From Octopus bimaculoides (Eukaryota): a stretch of DNA of 35,886 nt. Within the stretch, counting starts at the first letter, position 1; each line of letters starts with the position of its first letter. The notes beneath the pieces were generated by a model that was not told the origin of the DNA, did not search any database, and saw only the letters and a list, made by a program, of their open reading frames with translations. A program made the position numbers and the translations under genes. Location: positions 110,087,246-110,123,131 of the forward strand of contig NC_068985.1 in the NCBI RefSeq assembly GCF_001194135.2. The letters are read 5' to 3'. This document shows, piece after piece, positions 23,330 to 33,033 of this stretch.

Positions 23330-23507
23330 TGACAACCGATGCTGGTGTGTTTACGTCCCCGTAACTTAGCGGTTCGGCAAAAGAGACTGATAGAATAAGT
23401 ACTAAACTTACAAAGAATAAGTCCTGGGGTCGATTTGCTCGACTAAAGGTGGTGCTCCAGCATGGCCGCAGTCAAATGACTGAAACAAGTAAAAGAGTAA
23501 AAGAGTA
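23330..23507 (+). mobile_element. Family B/C SINE 3' half
   Basis: GACAACCGATGCTGGTG...GACTGAAACAAGTAAAAGAGTAAAAGAGT; other tails at about 4700-4950, 18165-18235, 21905-22062 and 23941-23985. Confidence 0.88.
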
Positions 23508-24800
23508 GGGCAAGCTGGCAGAGTCGTTAGTGAACTGGATAAGATATCATTAAGTATATCTTTCAGCTCATTATATCCTGAGTTCTAATTCCACCAAGGT
23601 CAGCTTTGTATTTCATCCTTTCAGGGTTGATAAAAATAAGTACCAGTCAACCATTATGTTAAGTGTAATCCATTGATCGCTACCCCTTAACCCCTTACCA
23701 GGCAAAGACGAGTTAACTTGTTTTCACCTAATTTGTCTTTTTCAAAAACACAAATTACAGCTCTTTATGTTCTGAGTTCAAATTCTGTTGAAGTCAGCTT
23801 TGCATTTCAAACTTTCAGAGCCAAAACATATAATTCCAAAAACAGCCACAGACGATTTTATATGTCAATTTTCAGCATTTCTTAGATTTTTAAAAAATTT
23901 ATTTATTTATTTATTTATTTATTTATTTTTTTTACAAATTATGGCCCCGCAGTCAAATGACTGAAAGAAGTAAAAAGATAAAAGAGTATGTTTGAGCTCA
24001 GGAAAATGAATATATAAAAAGAAAAGATTTTTGAGAAGACATGCTAAAAAAAGAGTAATATGAATGTGTAATTCCCCTTTACTTTTGATGATAAAGTTGG
24101 AAAGAAAAAGCTATGAATAAAAGAAATATTCAAAAAAGTATAGAAAGACGAGTAATCTCATTTTCGCCGAAAATGGTATCTTCAAAATAAAATTTCAAAT
24201 AAAATACTGGAAATAGATAAAAACAAAAATATTTCCATAATCAGCATTAAAAAATACTATTAAAAAAAAAGCAATAAAAAATTCCGTCTGAAAATGAAAT
24301 GTTTTCTCCAAAAAAAGTAGCCAGGAGGGGGGGAAGTTAAATTGCTGGTCCAGTGCCAGAATGTGAAACTACTATTAAGACAGTAGAATTACAGAATCAT
24401 TAATGCACTGGACGCAACACTTAGTGGTGTTGCTCACAGCTCTTTGTGTTCTGAGTTCAAATTCTGTTGAAGTCAGTTTTGCATTTCAACCTTTCAGAGT
24501 CAATAAAATAAGTATCATTGGAATACTGGGTGCAAGGGATCAATGCAATCAATTAATCTCTTCTTCTCCCTATGACTGCTGGCTTTGAGCGAAAATTCGA
24601 ATAATTTAAAGTAAAGAACTGCTAGAATCATTAACATGTTGGTCAAAATGCTTAGTGACGAATGGTTCCAGCTTCTTACAGTCTGAGTTGAAATTCTGTT
24701 AGACTTTTATTTGTTTCTGGGCTGATAAAATTAAGTACCAGCCAAATACTGAAGTTGATATAATGAACTTATTAACATCCCTGAAATTGCTGGCCTGGTG
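23508..24800 (+). mobile_element. Cluster of decayed family E SINE copies, same orientation
   Basis: TGAGTTCAAATTC-like B boxes at about 23580, 23773, 24453 and 24685, and again at 26001. Confidence 0.7.
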
Positions 24801-24878
24801 CCAAAATATGAAACCGCCACTATCATTGTTATCATTGTCGTCATCGTCATCATCATCATTGTCATCGACATCATCATT

Positions 24879-24912
<34 letters not shown>

Positions 24913-25891
24913 NNNNNNNNNNNNNNNNNNNNNNNNNNNNNNNNNNNNNNNNNNNNNNNNNNNNNNNNNNNNNNNNNNNNNNNNNNNNNNNNNNNNNNNN
25001 NNNNNNNNNNNNNNNNNNNNNNNNNNNNNNNNNNNNNNNNNNNNNNNNNNNNNNNNNNNNNNNNNNNNNNNNNNNNNNNNNNNNNNNNNNNNNNNNNNNN
25101 NNNNNNNNNNNNNNNNNNNNNNNNNNNNNNNNNNNNNNNNNNNNNNNNNNNNNNNNNNNNNNNNNNNNNNNNNNNNNNNNNNNNNNNNNNNNNNNNNNNN
25201 NNNNNNNNNNNNNNNNNNNNNNNNNNNNNNNNNNNNNNNNNNNNNNNNNNNNNNNNNNNNNNNNNNNNNNNNNNNNNNNNNNNNNNNNNNNNNNNNNNNN
25301 NNNNNNNNNNNNNNNNNNNNNNNNNNNNNNNNNNNNNNNNNNNNNNNNNNNNNNNNNNNNNNNNNNNNNNNNNNNNNNNNNNNNNNNNNNNNNNNNNNNN
25401 NNNNNNNNNNNNNNNNNNNNNNNNNNNNNNNNNNNNNNNNNNNNNNNNNNNNNNNNNNNNNNNNNNNNNNNNNNNNNNNNNNNNNNNNNNNNNNNNNNNN
25501 NNNNNNNNNNNNNNNNNNNNNNNNNNNNNNNNNNNNNNNNNNNNNNNNNNNNNNNNNNNNNNNNNNNNNNNNNNNNNNNNNNNNNNNNNNNNNNNNNNNN
25601 NNNNNNNNNNNNNNNNNNNNNNNNNNNNNNNNNNNNNNNNNNNNNNNNNNNNNNNNNNNNNNNNNNNNNNNNNNNNNNNNNNNNNNNNNNNNNNNNNNNN
25701 NNNNNNNNNNNNNNNNNNNNNNNNNNNNNNNNNNNNNNNNNNNNNNNNNNNNNNNNNNNNNNNNNNNNNNNNNNNNNNNNNNNNNNNNNNNNNNNNNNNN
25801 NNNNNNNNNNNNNNNNNNNNNNNNNNNNNNNNNNNNNNNNNNNNGTCGTCGTCGTCGTCGTCGTCACCATCACCATCACCATCACCACCAC

Positions 25892-25930
<39 letters not shown>

Positions 25931-26046
25931 AGCAGCAAGCTGGCAGTATTGTTCGCATGCCAAACAAAATGCTTAGTGACATATCATCCAGCTTTATGTT
26001 CTGAGCACAAATTCCACTGAGGTCAAATTTGCCTTTTATCCTTTCT

Positions 26047-26210
26047 GCATGACACAGAGTGTGACAAGGCTGACCCTTTGAATTACAGGCACAACAGAAA
26101 CAAGAAGTAAGAGTGAGAGAGAGTTGTGGTGAAAGAGTACAACAGGGTTCGCCACCCCCCCCCCTGCCTCGTGGAGCTTTAGGTGTTTTTGCTCAATAAA
26201 CACTCACAAC
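26047..26210 (-). mobile_element. Internal fragment of family D SINE, interrupting a family E SINE
   Basis: Reverse complement of about 27180-27345; family E sequence stops at 26045 and resumes at 26211. Confidence 0.8.
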
Positions 26211-27104
26211 ACTGGGGTCAGTATAATTGACTAACCCCACCACCACCACCACCACCACCACCAAAAATTTCAGGCCTTGTGCTAATAATATGATAAAAGG
26301 ACAATGGATTAAGATCCTTCCTGAGTCTGGGTTATCCAATTCAGGATAAACTTTACATGCATGGACGTACCATCAACCAGGCCTGCCCAAGTGGTACACA
26401 GAGCAGTGAAACTCTTCTGCACACACCCAGTGTCCATCCATTGCTGACTTGTGGAGTTATGTTATATCACTAGCTGATATATGTAGGATGGATCCAGCTA
26501 ATAGCTGAATCCATTGTGAAGTCGATCCACTGCTTTGCTTTGGCCAGCAAGGGCCAGCAGTGTTTATCTGTCTGGTGGGCTTAGTGAAAGAGTTTGTGTG
26601 GTAGGCCTGATTGAAAGGTCTGAAAACAGACGCCTTCAACTTCATACAAGTTCTCATCAACTTCTCAAGTTTCACTTAAAAAGGAAAGTGAAAGTGAAGA
26701 GAGATGTGCTGTCTCCCAGCATACTTGCTGGCAGGTGAAAGTGAGTGGTGAGTTTGGTCCAAATGAAGGGGTATGCTCTAGCCACATGCCTGTAGATTGG
26801 AGGATAACGGAGAAGGTATTTTCCTTAGTAGTCATGGTAACCATGGTTTTGAGGGGTTTTCCATAATAGCCCTTGAAGCTCTCATCCTTTGAGGAACTTG
26901 TCATTGTTTGGAATTCATTGTTTCTTTGCTACTGTTGTTCTCTCTCTTACATTTCTTTCATGCAATCCCACATTGCATCATCCTGTAACATCCCCAATAT
27001 TTTTGTGAGCCCTTAGTGGTTAAGAAGGAAGACATTATTATTATTATTATTATTATTATTATCATTATTAATATTATTATTATTATTGTTGTTGTTGTTG
27101 TTGT

Positions 27105-27492
27105 GGAGGCGCAATGGCCCAGTGGTTAGGGCAGCGGACTCGCGGTCATAGGATCGCAGTTTCGATTCCCAGACCAGGCGTTGTGAGTGTTTATTGAGCG
27201 AAAACACCTAAAAGCTCCATGAGGCTCTGGCAGAGGGGTAGTGGCGAACCCTGCTGTACTCTTTCACCACAACTTTCTCTCACTCTCACTTCCTGTTTCT
27301 GTTGTGCCTGTATTTCAAAGGGCCAGCCTTGTCACACTGTGTCACGCTGAATATCCCCGAGAACTACGTTAAGGGTACACGTGTCTGTGGAGTGCTCAGC
27401 CACTTGCATGTTAATTTCACGAGCAGGCTGTTCTGTTGATCGGATCAACTGAAACCCTTGTCGTTGTAAACAACGGAGTGCCAACAACAACA
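27105..27492 (+). mobile_element. Full-length tRNA-derived SINE (family D) with (CAA)n tail
   Basis: GGAGGCGCAATGGCCCAGTGGTTAGGG head, B box GTTTCGATTCC; highly similar to 32254-32633; inserted in a TTA/TTG microsatellite. Confidence 0.9.
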
Positions 27493-27536
<44 letters not shown>

Positions 27537-27553
27537 TGTTGTTGTTGTTACTA

Positions 27554-27591
<38 letters not shown>

Positions 27592-27647
27592 GTTGTTATT
27601 ATTACTATTGTTGTTGTTGTTATTGTTGTTACTATTATTATTATTAC

Positions 27648-27687
<40 letters not shown>

Positions 27688-28252
27688 GGGGGTGCATGGT
27701 CTCATGGATAAGGTGTTGCACTCACGATCGCCAGACCCATGGTTTCAATTCCTAGACCAGGCGGTGCGTTGCTTTCTTGAGCAAAAACACTTCATATCAC
27801 ATTTCTCTGCAACCACTTCGACACCTGACATGTGGCACACCGTGCCCCTGTTCAAGCAATGTTGATTTGACGGAGGGAGGGAGTGACTTGATGTATAGCG
27901 CACATACATTTGATCACTATAAAATAAATCATGCAGATTATTTGGCAAAAGCTGAATACCCATATGCCATCTTTGCTGGGAGAGTCCATTATCAGCATTA
28001 TTATTATTGTCATTATCATCACTGTCATCGTTGTCATCGTTATCGTTATTGTCATCACTATTATCACCATCATCCATTTTATTATCATATGATATTGTGA
28101 AGTCCATGGTCTTATATTGTTTGATTCTTTCGTCCTTCCTTTATTATCGAAGTAGTAATGATGGTGTCATAAACAATTTCATCTATTTAACTACAGCTGT
28201 TCCACACGTCCAAGACCAAGCTGAAATACAGTTGTGTCTGTTTCCATTTCAG

Positions 28253-28394
28253 TTCTCATGAAGATCAAACCATGTACATCATCAGCAAACTTCAAGGACC
28301 ACATGAGCCAATGCTCTTACGATGCACAGTACAAAGTCAACCGACACAATGTCAGATTGATGAATGATTACATGATGAAAATGAAAGTTTGCAG
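28253..28394 (+). CDS. Coding exon C (LMKIKPCTSSANFKDHMSQCSYDAQYKVNRHNVRLMNDYMMKMKVC)
   Basis: Acceptor TTTCCATTTCAG, donor AG|GTAAGT at 28395. 142 nt = 2+46x3+2; C+TT gives Leu at the B/C junction. Confidence 0.9.
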
Positions 28395-28724
28395 GTAAGT
28401 TTGCACAATGTTATAGAACACTGCTGCTTTTATAGGGCTCTTATTCATAATAGGTGCAGGCATGGCTGTGTGGTAAGAAGTTTTCTTACTAACCATATGG
28501 TTCCAGGTTCAGTCCCACTCTGTGATACCTTGGGCAAGTGTCTTCTGTTATAAACTCAGGCCAACCAAAAACTTTGTGGAATTTGGTAGACAGAATCTGT
28601 AAGAAACCCATTGTAAACATGGCTGTGTGGTTCTGGACTCAGTCCCACTGCATGGCACCTTGGGCTGACCAAAGCCTTGTGAGTGAATTTGGTAGACTGA
28701 AACTGAAAGAAGCTCATCATATAT

Positions 28725-28755
<31 letters not shown>

Positions 28756-29087
28756 ACCACTCTCTGAGTGGTTGGCTTTAGGAAGGGCATCCAGCTGTAG
28801 AAACACTGCCAAATCAGATTGGAGCCTGGTGTAGCCATCTGGTTTCACCAGTCCTCAGTCAAATCGTCCAACCCATGCTAGCATGGAAAGCGGACGTTAA
28901 ACGACGACGACAATACGTACAGACATATATATATNNNNNNNNNNNNNNNNNNNNNNNNNNNNNNNNNNNNNNNNNNNNNNNNNNNNNNNNNNNNNNNNNN
29001 NNNNNNNNNNNNNNNNNNNNNNNNNNNNNNNNNNNNNNNNNNNNNNNNNNNNNNNNNNNNNNNNNNNNNNNNNNNNNNNNNNNNNNN

Positions 29088-29252
29088 CCACTCTCTGAGT
29101 GGTTGGCTTTAGGAAGGGCATCCAGCTGTAGAAACACTGCCAAATCAGATTGGAGCCTGGTGTAGCCATCTGGTTTCACCAGTCCTCAGTCAAATCGTCC
29201 AACCCATGCTAGCATGGAAAGCGGACGTTAAACGATGATGATGATGATGATG
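29088..29252 (+). mobile_element. Family A 3' end (near-identical block also at 28756-28910)
   Basis: CCACTCTCTGAGTGGTTGG...GGACGTTAAACGATGATG. Confidence 0.9.
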
Positions 29253-29459
29253 ATAATAAAGGTTATGAAGGGTATTGGAGTCAACCAAACCCTAAAGATA
29301 CAGGTAATACCGAGTAAGTGCTGTATACCGACTAGTTATGCCCCTGTCGTTGTATCAACATGAGTGGGGAATATAACATAGGTCGTGTATTAGCATGTGT
29401 AATAGTAGATGTTGTAATCCTTTCTTATAGATGTTATAATCCTTTCTTCTACTATTACC

Positions 29460-29508
29460 GTCTCCGATGAAGGGATACATTGGATTTTCCCTGAAACAGC
29501 TGTAAGAC
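29460..29508 (+). ncRNA. Minimal type I hammerhead ribozyme motif (U4C core variant), intronic, sense to host gene
   Basis: GTCT-CCGATGA-AGGGA...TCCCT-GAAA-CAGCTG-TA-AGAC: helix I GTCT/AGAC, helix II AGGGA/TCCCT, palindromic helix III ACAGCTGT, GUA cleavage triplet at 29502-29504. Confidence 0.7.
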
Positions 29509-29620
29509 TTTATGCATAAAATATAATTCTAATTTTGCCATTGGTCTCTTTATTCTTTTCTTTCTTTATACATAAATATATATATATATATATATATATA
29601 AAAGTATATATTTATAGAAA

Positions 29621-29807
29621 TATAATTATAATTAAGGGCACTGGAATGGCAATGCCTATACACTAGAAGTAGATGTCAGATGTCTACAAGCGACTCTAGA
29701 ACCCTTCGGTTGTAAATAGAGAACATATTTACAGTGGCTTGTAGATATTTAACATCTACTTCTGATGTATAGGCACTGGCACTCCAGCACCCTTAATTAT
29801 AGTTATA
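29621..29807. mobile_element. Fold-back MITE-like element with about 70-bp arms
   Basis: 29621-29691 matches the reverse complement of 29737-29807 with scattered mismatches; TTAA-GGG...CCC-TTAA internal ends; inner hairpin TGTAAATA/TATTTACA. Confidence 0.8.
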
Positions 29808-29922
29808 TTTTTATAATTATATACTTAAATATTAATTTTACTGATATGGTGGTGTTTTTCTATGCTAGCCACTGATATGATCATTTTAATCATTATATCC
29901 TCAATTTATGAATATGTGTATC

Positions 29923-30100
29923 ATCATCATCATCATCATCATCGTTTAACATCCGCCTTCCATGCTAGCATGGGTTGGACGATTTGACTGAGGACTGGTG
30001 AAACCAGATGGCTACACCAGGCTCCAATCTGATTTGGCAGAGTTTCTACAGTTGGATGCCCTTCCTAACGCCAACCACTCAGAGAGTGTAGTGGGTGCTT
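29923..30100 (-). mobile_element. Family A 3' end, inverted relative to 29088-29252
   Basis: CATCATCGTTTAAC...GAGAGTGTAGTGGGTGCTT; other copies at 188-288, 2770-3040, 12440-12690, 15088-15270 and 34586-34822. Confidence 0.9.
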
Positions 30101-30130
30101 ATATACCATTCTCATTTTTTTTCCCTATTT

Positions 30131-30186
30131 GTCTCTGATGATGGAATATCCCATACCCAGAGATTTCCCAGAAACAGCTGTAAGAT
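30131..30186 (+). ncRNA. Minimal type I hammerhead ribozyme motif (canonical CUGAUGA/GAAA core), intronic, sense to host gene
   Basis: GTCT-CTGATGA-TGGAA...TTCCCA-GAAA-CAGCTG-TA-AGAT: helix I GTCT/AGAT, bulged helix II, palindromic helix III ACAGCTGT, GUA triplet at 30180-30182. Confidence 0.75.
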
Positions 30187-30266
30187 TTTGAATTCTTCCT
30201 ATAATAATATTGTATACGACTTGAGGTGTTTGCCTTGCTTTAATGTTTGTTGTCCTGTTTAACAAT

Positions 30267-30297
<31 letters not shown>

Positions 30298-30417
30298 CTA
30301 TATAAATATATTTATGTATATAACAACAAGGATGACTTTGTGTCTGTGTTTATCCCCCAACCACTACTTGATAACCAGAGTTGGTTATGATGATGATAAT
30401 GATTTCACACAGCTTCA

Positions 30418-30700
30418 CTAATGTTCAATACATGCACCATCTGTTACACGACACACATCAAGTCGGTACTCCAGCTCCTGCCAAACATGCTGTAGTATGT
30501 CTTGCGCATAACATTCTCCACCACCTCTGTGAGTCTCTGTTTGAGTTCCTCTAGGTTTGTAAGAAGAGTGGGGGTATAGACCAATTCTTTCACTTAGTCC
30601 CATAGAAAAAAATCACAAGGTGTCAAGTCAGGTGAGCGTGGTAGCCATTCCAACAGCGCATTGTCATTAACAGTGACATACCTGATCCAAACTTAGTTTT
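30418..30700 (-). mobile_element. Tc1/mariner-superfamily transposase C-terminal fragment
   Basis: Minus strand EWLPRSPDLTPCDFF, then frameshifted LQHVWQELEYRLDVCRVTDGACIEH. Confidence 0.85.
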
Positions 30701-30821
30701 GACTCATTTTATTTTTACACATCTTACACATTTAGTTTTTATTCATTTTGAGATCATTCGAGTGAGAATTGGCTATGTTATTAGACACCAAAATGATGTC
30801 AATTTTTGGTGGTGTGTCTGT

Positions 30822-30862
<41 letters not shown>

Positions 30863-31438
30863 NNNNNNNNNNNNNNNNNNNNNNNNNNNNNNNNNNNNNN
30901 NNNNNNNNNNNNNNNNNNNNNNNNNNNNNNNNNNNNNNNNNNNNNNNNNNNNNNNNNNNNNNNNNNNNNNNNNNNNNNNNNNNNNNNNNNNNNNNNNNNN
31001 NNNNNNNNNNNNNNNNNNNNNNNNNNNNNNNNNNNNNNNNNNNNNNNNNNNNNNNNNNNNNNNNNNNNNNNNNNNNNNNNNNNNNNNNNNNNNNNNNNNN
31101 NNNNNNNNNNNNNNNNNNNNNNNNNNNNNNNNNNNNNNNNNNNNNNNNNNNNNNNNNNNNNNNNNNNNNNNNNNNNNNNNNNNNNNNNNNNNNNNNNNNN
31201 NNNNNNNNNNNNNNNNNNNNNNNNNNNNNNNNNNNNNNNNNNNNNNNNNNNNNNNNNNNNNNNNNNNNNNNNNNNNNNNNNNNNNNNNNNNNNNNNNNNN
31301 NNNNNNNNNNNNNNNNNNNNNNNNNNNNNNNNNNNNNNNNNNNNNNNNNNNNNNNNNNNNNNNNNNNNNNNNNNNNNNNNNNNNNNNNNNNNNNNNNNNN
31401 NNNNNNNNNNNTATGTATATTTGTAAAAATGAATAGAA

Positions 31439-31520
31439 ATGGCTTTTCTCATAATTTTTTCACATGTTTAAGCTAATAAACATCTAATTATTAATGTGGA
31501 AAAATTACCAGAAAAGCCAT
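31439..31520. repeat. 27-bp inverted repeat (hairpin) about 360 nt upstream of exon D
   Basis: ATGGCTTTTCTCATAATTTTTTCACAT vs ATGTGGAAAAATTACCAGAAAAGCCAT, 3 mismatches. Confidence 0.8.
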
Positions 31521-31575
31521 CTCTCTTCATTTTTTCAAATACACAATACTGTACTAATGACTTTCAATTTCTTAT

Positions 31576-31614
<39 letters not shown>

Positions 31615-31882
31615 CCATATATATTATGCCACGGTCAACTTTGCCTTTCATGCTTTCAGGGTCAATAAAATACGGACCAGTTGAACACTGGGGTCGATGT
31701 AATCGACTCATCCCTTCTCCCCAAACACATGAATTTATAGGTATATTTGCATAACTTTACAGTATACACACACACAGTTTCATTCACACAACCAAATAAG
31801 TAGTGAAAGAGACACAGAAGGAGTGTGGAAATGCATCACATTGTTCTGTTACAAAAACCACTAATTTTTGTGAATATTTCAG

Positions 31883-32025
31883 ATACCTCGAAGAATCACT
31901 AGAATGCGCAGAGACAGTTGCACAGAAACTATGTGGAAATGATGCTCAAAAATATTATCATGAACTCAACGTCAGGACAATGGGACCAGCCAAGAGATTT
32001 CTACGCTGTCACCAGGCCAGAAACA
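31883..32025 (+). CDS. Coding exon D (YLEESLECAETVAQKLCGNDAQKYYHELNVRTMGPAKRFLRCHQARN)
   Basis: Acceptor ATATTTCAG, donor A|GTAAGT at 32026. 143 nt = 1+47x3+1; AG+A gives Arg at the C/D junction. No stop codon, so at least one more exon follows. Confidence 0.9.
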
Positions 32026-32253
32026 GTAAGTTTAATGTTAAAAATACATAAGCTTCTACATGACTAGTAGAAACAGCAGTCAAATCCTCCTTAAGCCAAA
32101 ACTCCCCTGGCAGTTTAAAAATAAAGAAGACTTATTAAATAATGTAGTCCTACATACACTGTGACTGGAAAAAGACAAAGACAGGATGGCCATGGTTGTT
32201 GGAACATCTTTGATCACAGATCTTTTAGATCAGGCTTGAATTAAGGCAAAACA

Positions 32254-32633
32254 GGAGGTGCAATGGCCCAGTGGTTAGGGCAGCGGACTCGCGGTCATAG
32301 GATCGCAGTTTCGATTCCCAGACCGGGCATTGTGAGTGTTTATTGAGTGAAAACACCTAAAGTTCCACAAGGCTCCGGCAGGGGATGGTGGCGAACCCTG
32401 CTGTACTCTTTCACCACAACTTTCTCTCACTCTTACTTCCTGTTTCCGTTGTGCCTGTAATTCAAAGGGTCAGCCTTGTCACACTGTATCACGCTGAATA
32501 TCCCCGAGAACTACGTTAAGGGTACACGTGTCTGTGGAGTGCTCAACCACTTGCACGTTAATTTCACGAGCAGGCTGTTCCGTTGATCGGATCAACTGGA
32601 ACCCTCGATGTCATAAGCGACGGAGTGCCAACC
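32254..32633 (+). mobile_element. Full-length family D SINE with 12-bp target-site duplication
   Basis: TAAGGCAAAACA at 32242-32253 and 32634-32645. Confidence 0.92.
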
Positions 32634-32776
32634 TAAGGCAAAACAACAACAACTGTCAGTTGTTTTTGCTGATATTGTCCTCTCAACCCCTGTCAGCCTG
32701 GATCAAGCAGGCTTTTGATTAAAGATGTTCCTGTTATGAGAACCCCATCTTTTATCTAAATGCAGTGTATCGAAAA

Positions 32777-33033
32777 CAGTGGTTCTCAAACCTTTTTTAC
32801 CTATAGACCTCTTTGATTCCTATGTTCCTTGGATAGACCCTCATATCCATTCAGTGCTTGAAAAAGCCTATAAAATTTTCATAATTAAATATTTACTAGG
32901 AATTGCATTAAAAAAATTGTTAAAATATTATGTGTGATTTTAGAAGTATAAGCAATTTATTGTACATAACTTTTAACAACAAAATCCTGTAAGGAGCCCT
33001 AAGGGTCAGGTGGACCCTAGTTGAGAACCATTG
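32777..33033. mobile_element. hAT (Charlie-like) MITE
   Basis: TIRs CAGTGGTTCTCAA / TTGAGAACCATTG (12/13); flanks ATCGAAAA / ATCTAGAA resemble a decayed 8-bp NTCTAGAN target duplication. Confidence 0.8.

Noticed and set aside
26300-27010. Non-repetitive-looking intronic stretch with minus-strand ORFs and a VQKSFTA motif
   Set aside because: Possibly a very old CR1/L2-type fragment, but one short motif is not enough to call it and no splice-compatible exon was found.
27105-27180. tRNA-like sequences here and at other SINE heads
   Set aside because: A/B boxes are present but there is no complete cloverleaf and they continue into SINE bodies, so they are not called tRNA genes.
28253-28394. Met/Tyr/Asn-rich stretch (LMNDYMMKMK) suggesting reflectin
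   Set aside because: No repeated M/FD-x5-MD-x5-MD motif, and the protein is Cys-patterned and multi-exonic.
28756-29235. Near-identical family A blocks on both sides of the 28935 gap
   Set aside because: Probably an assembly or haplotype duplication; cannot be treated as a real tandem without reads.
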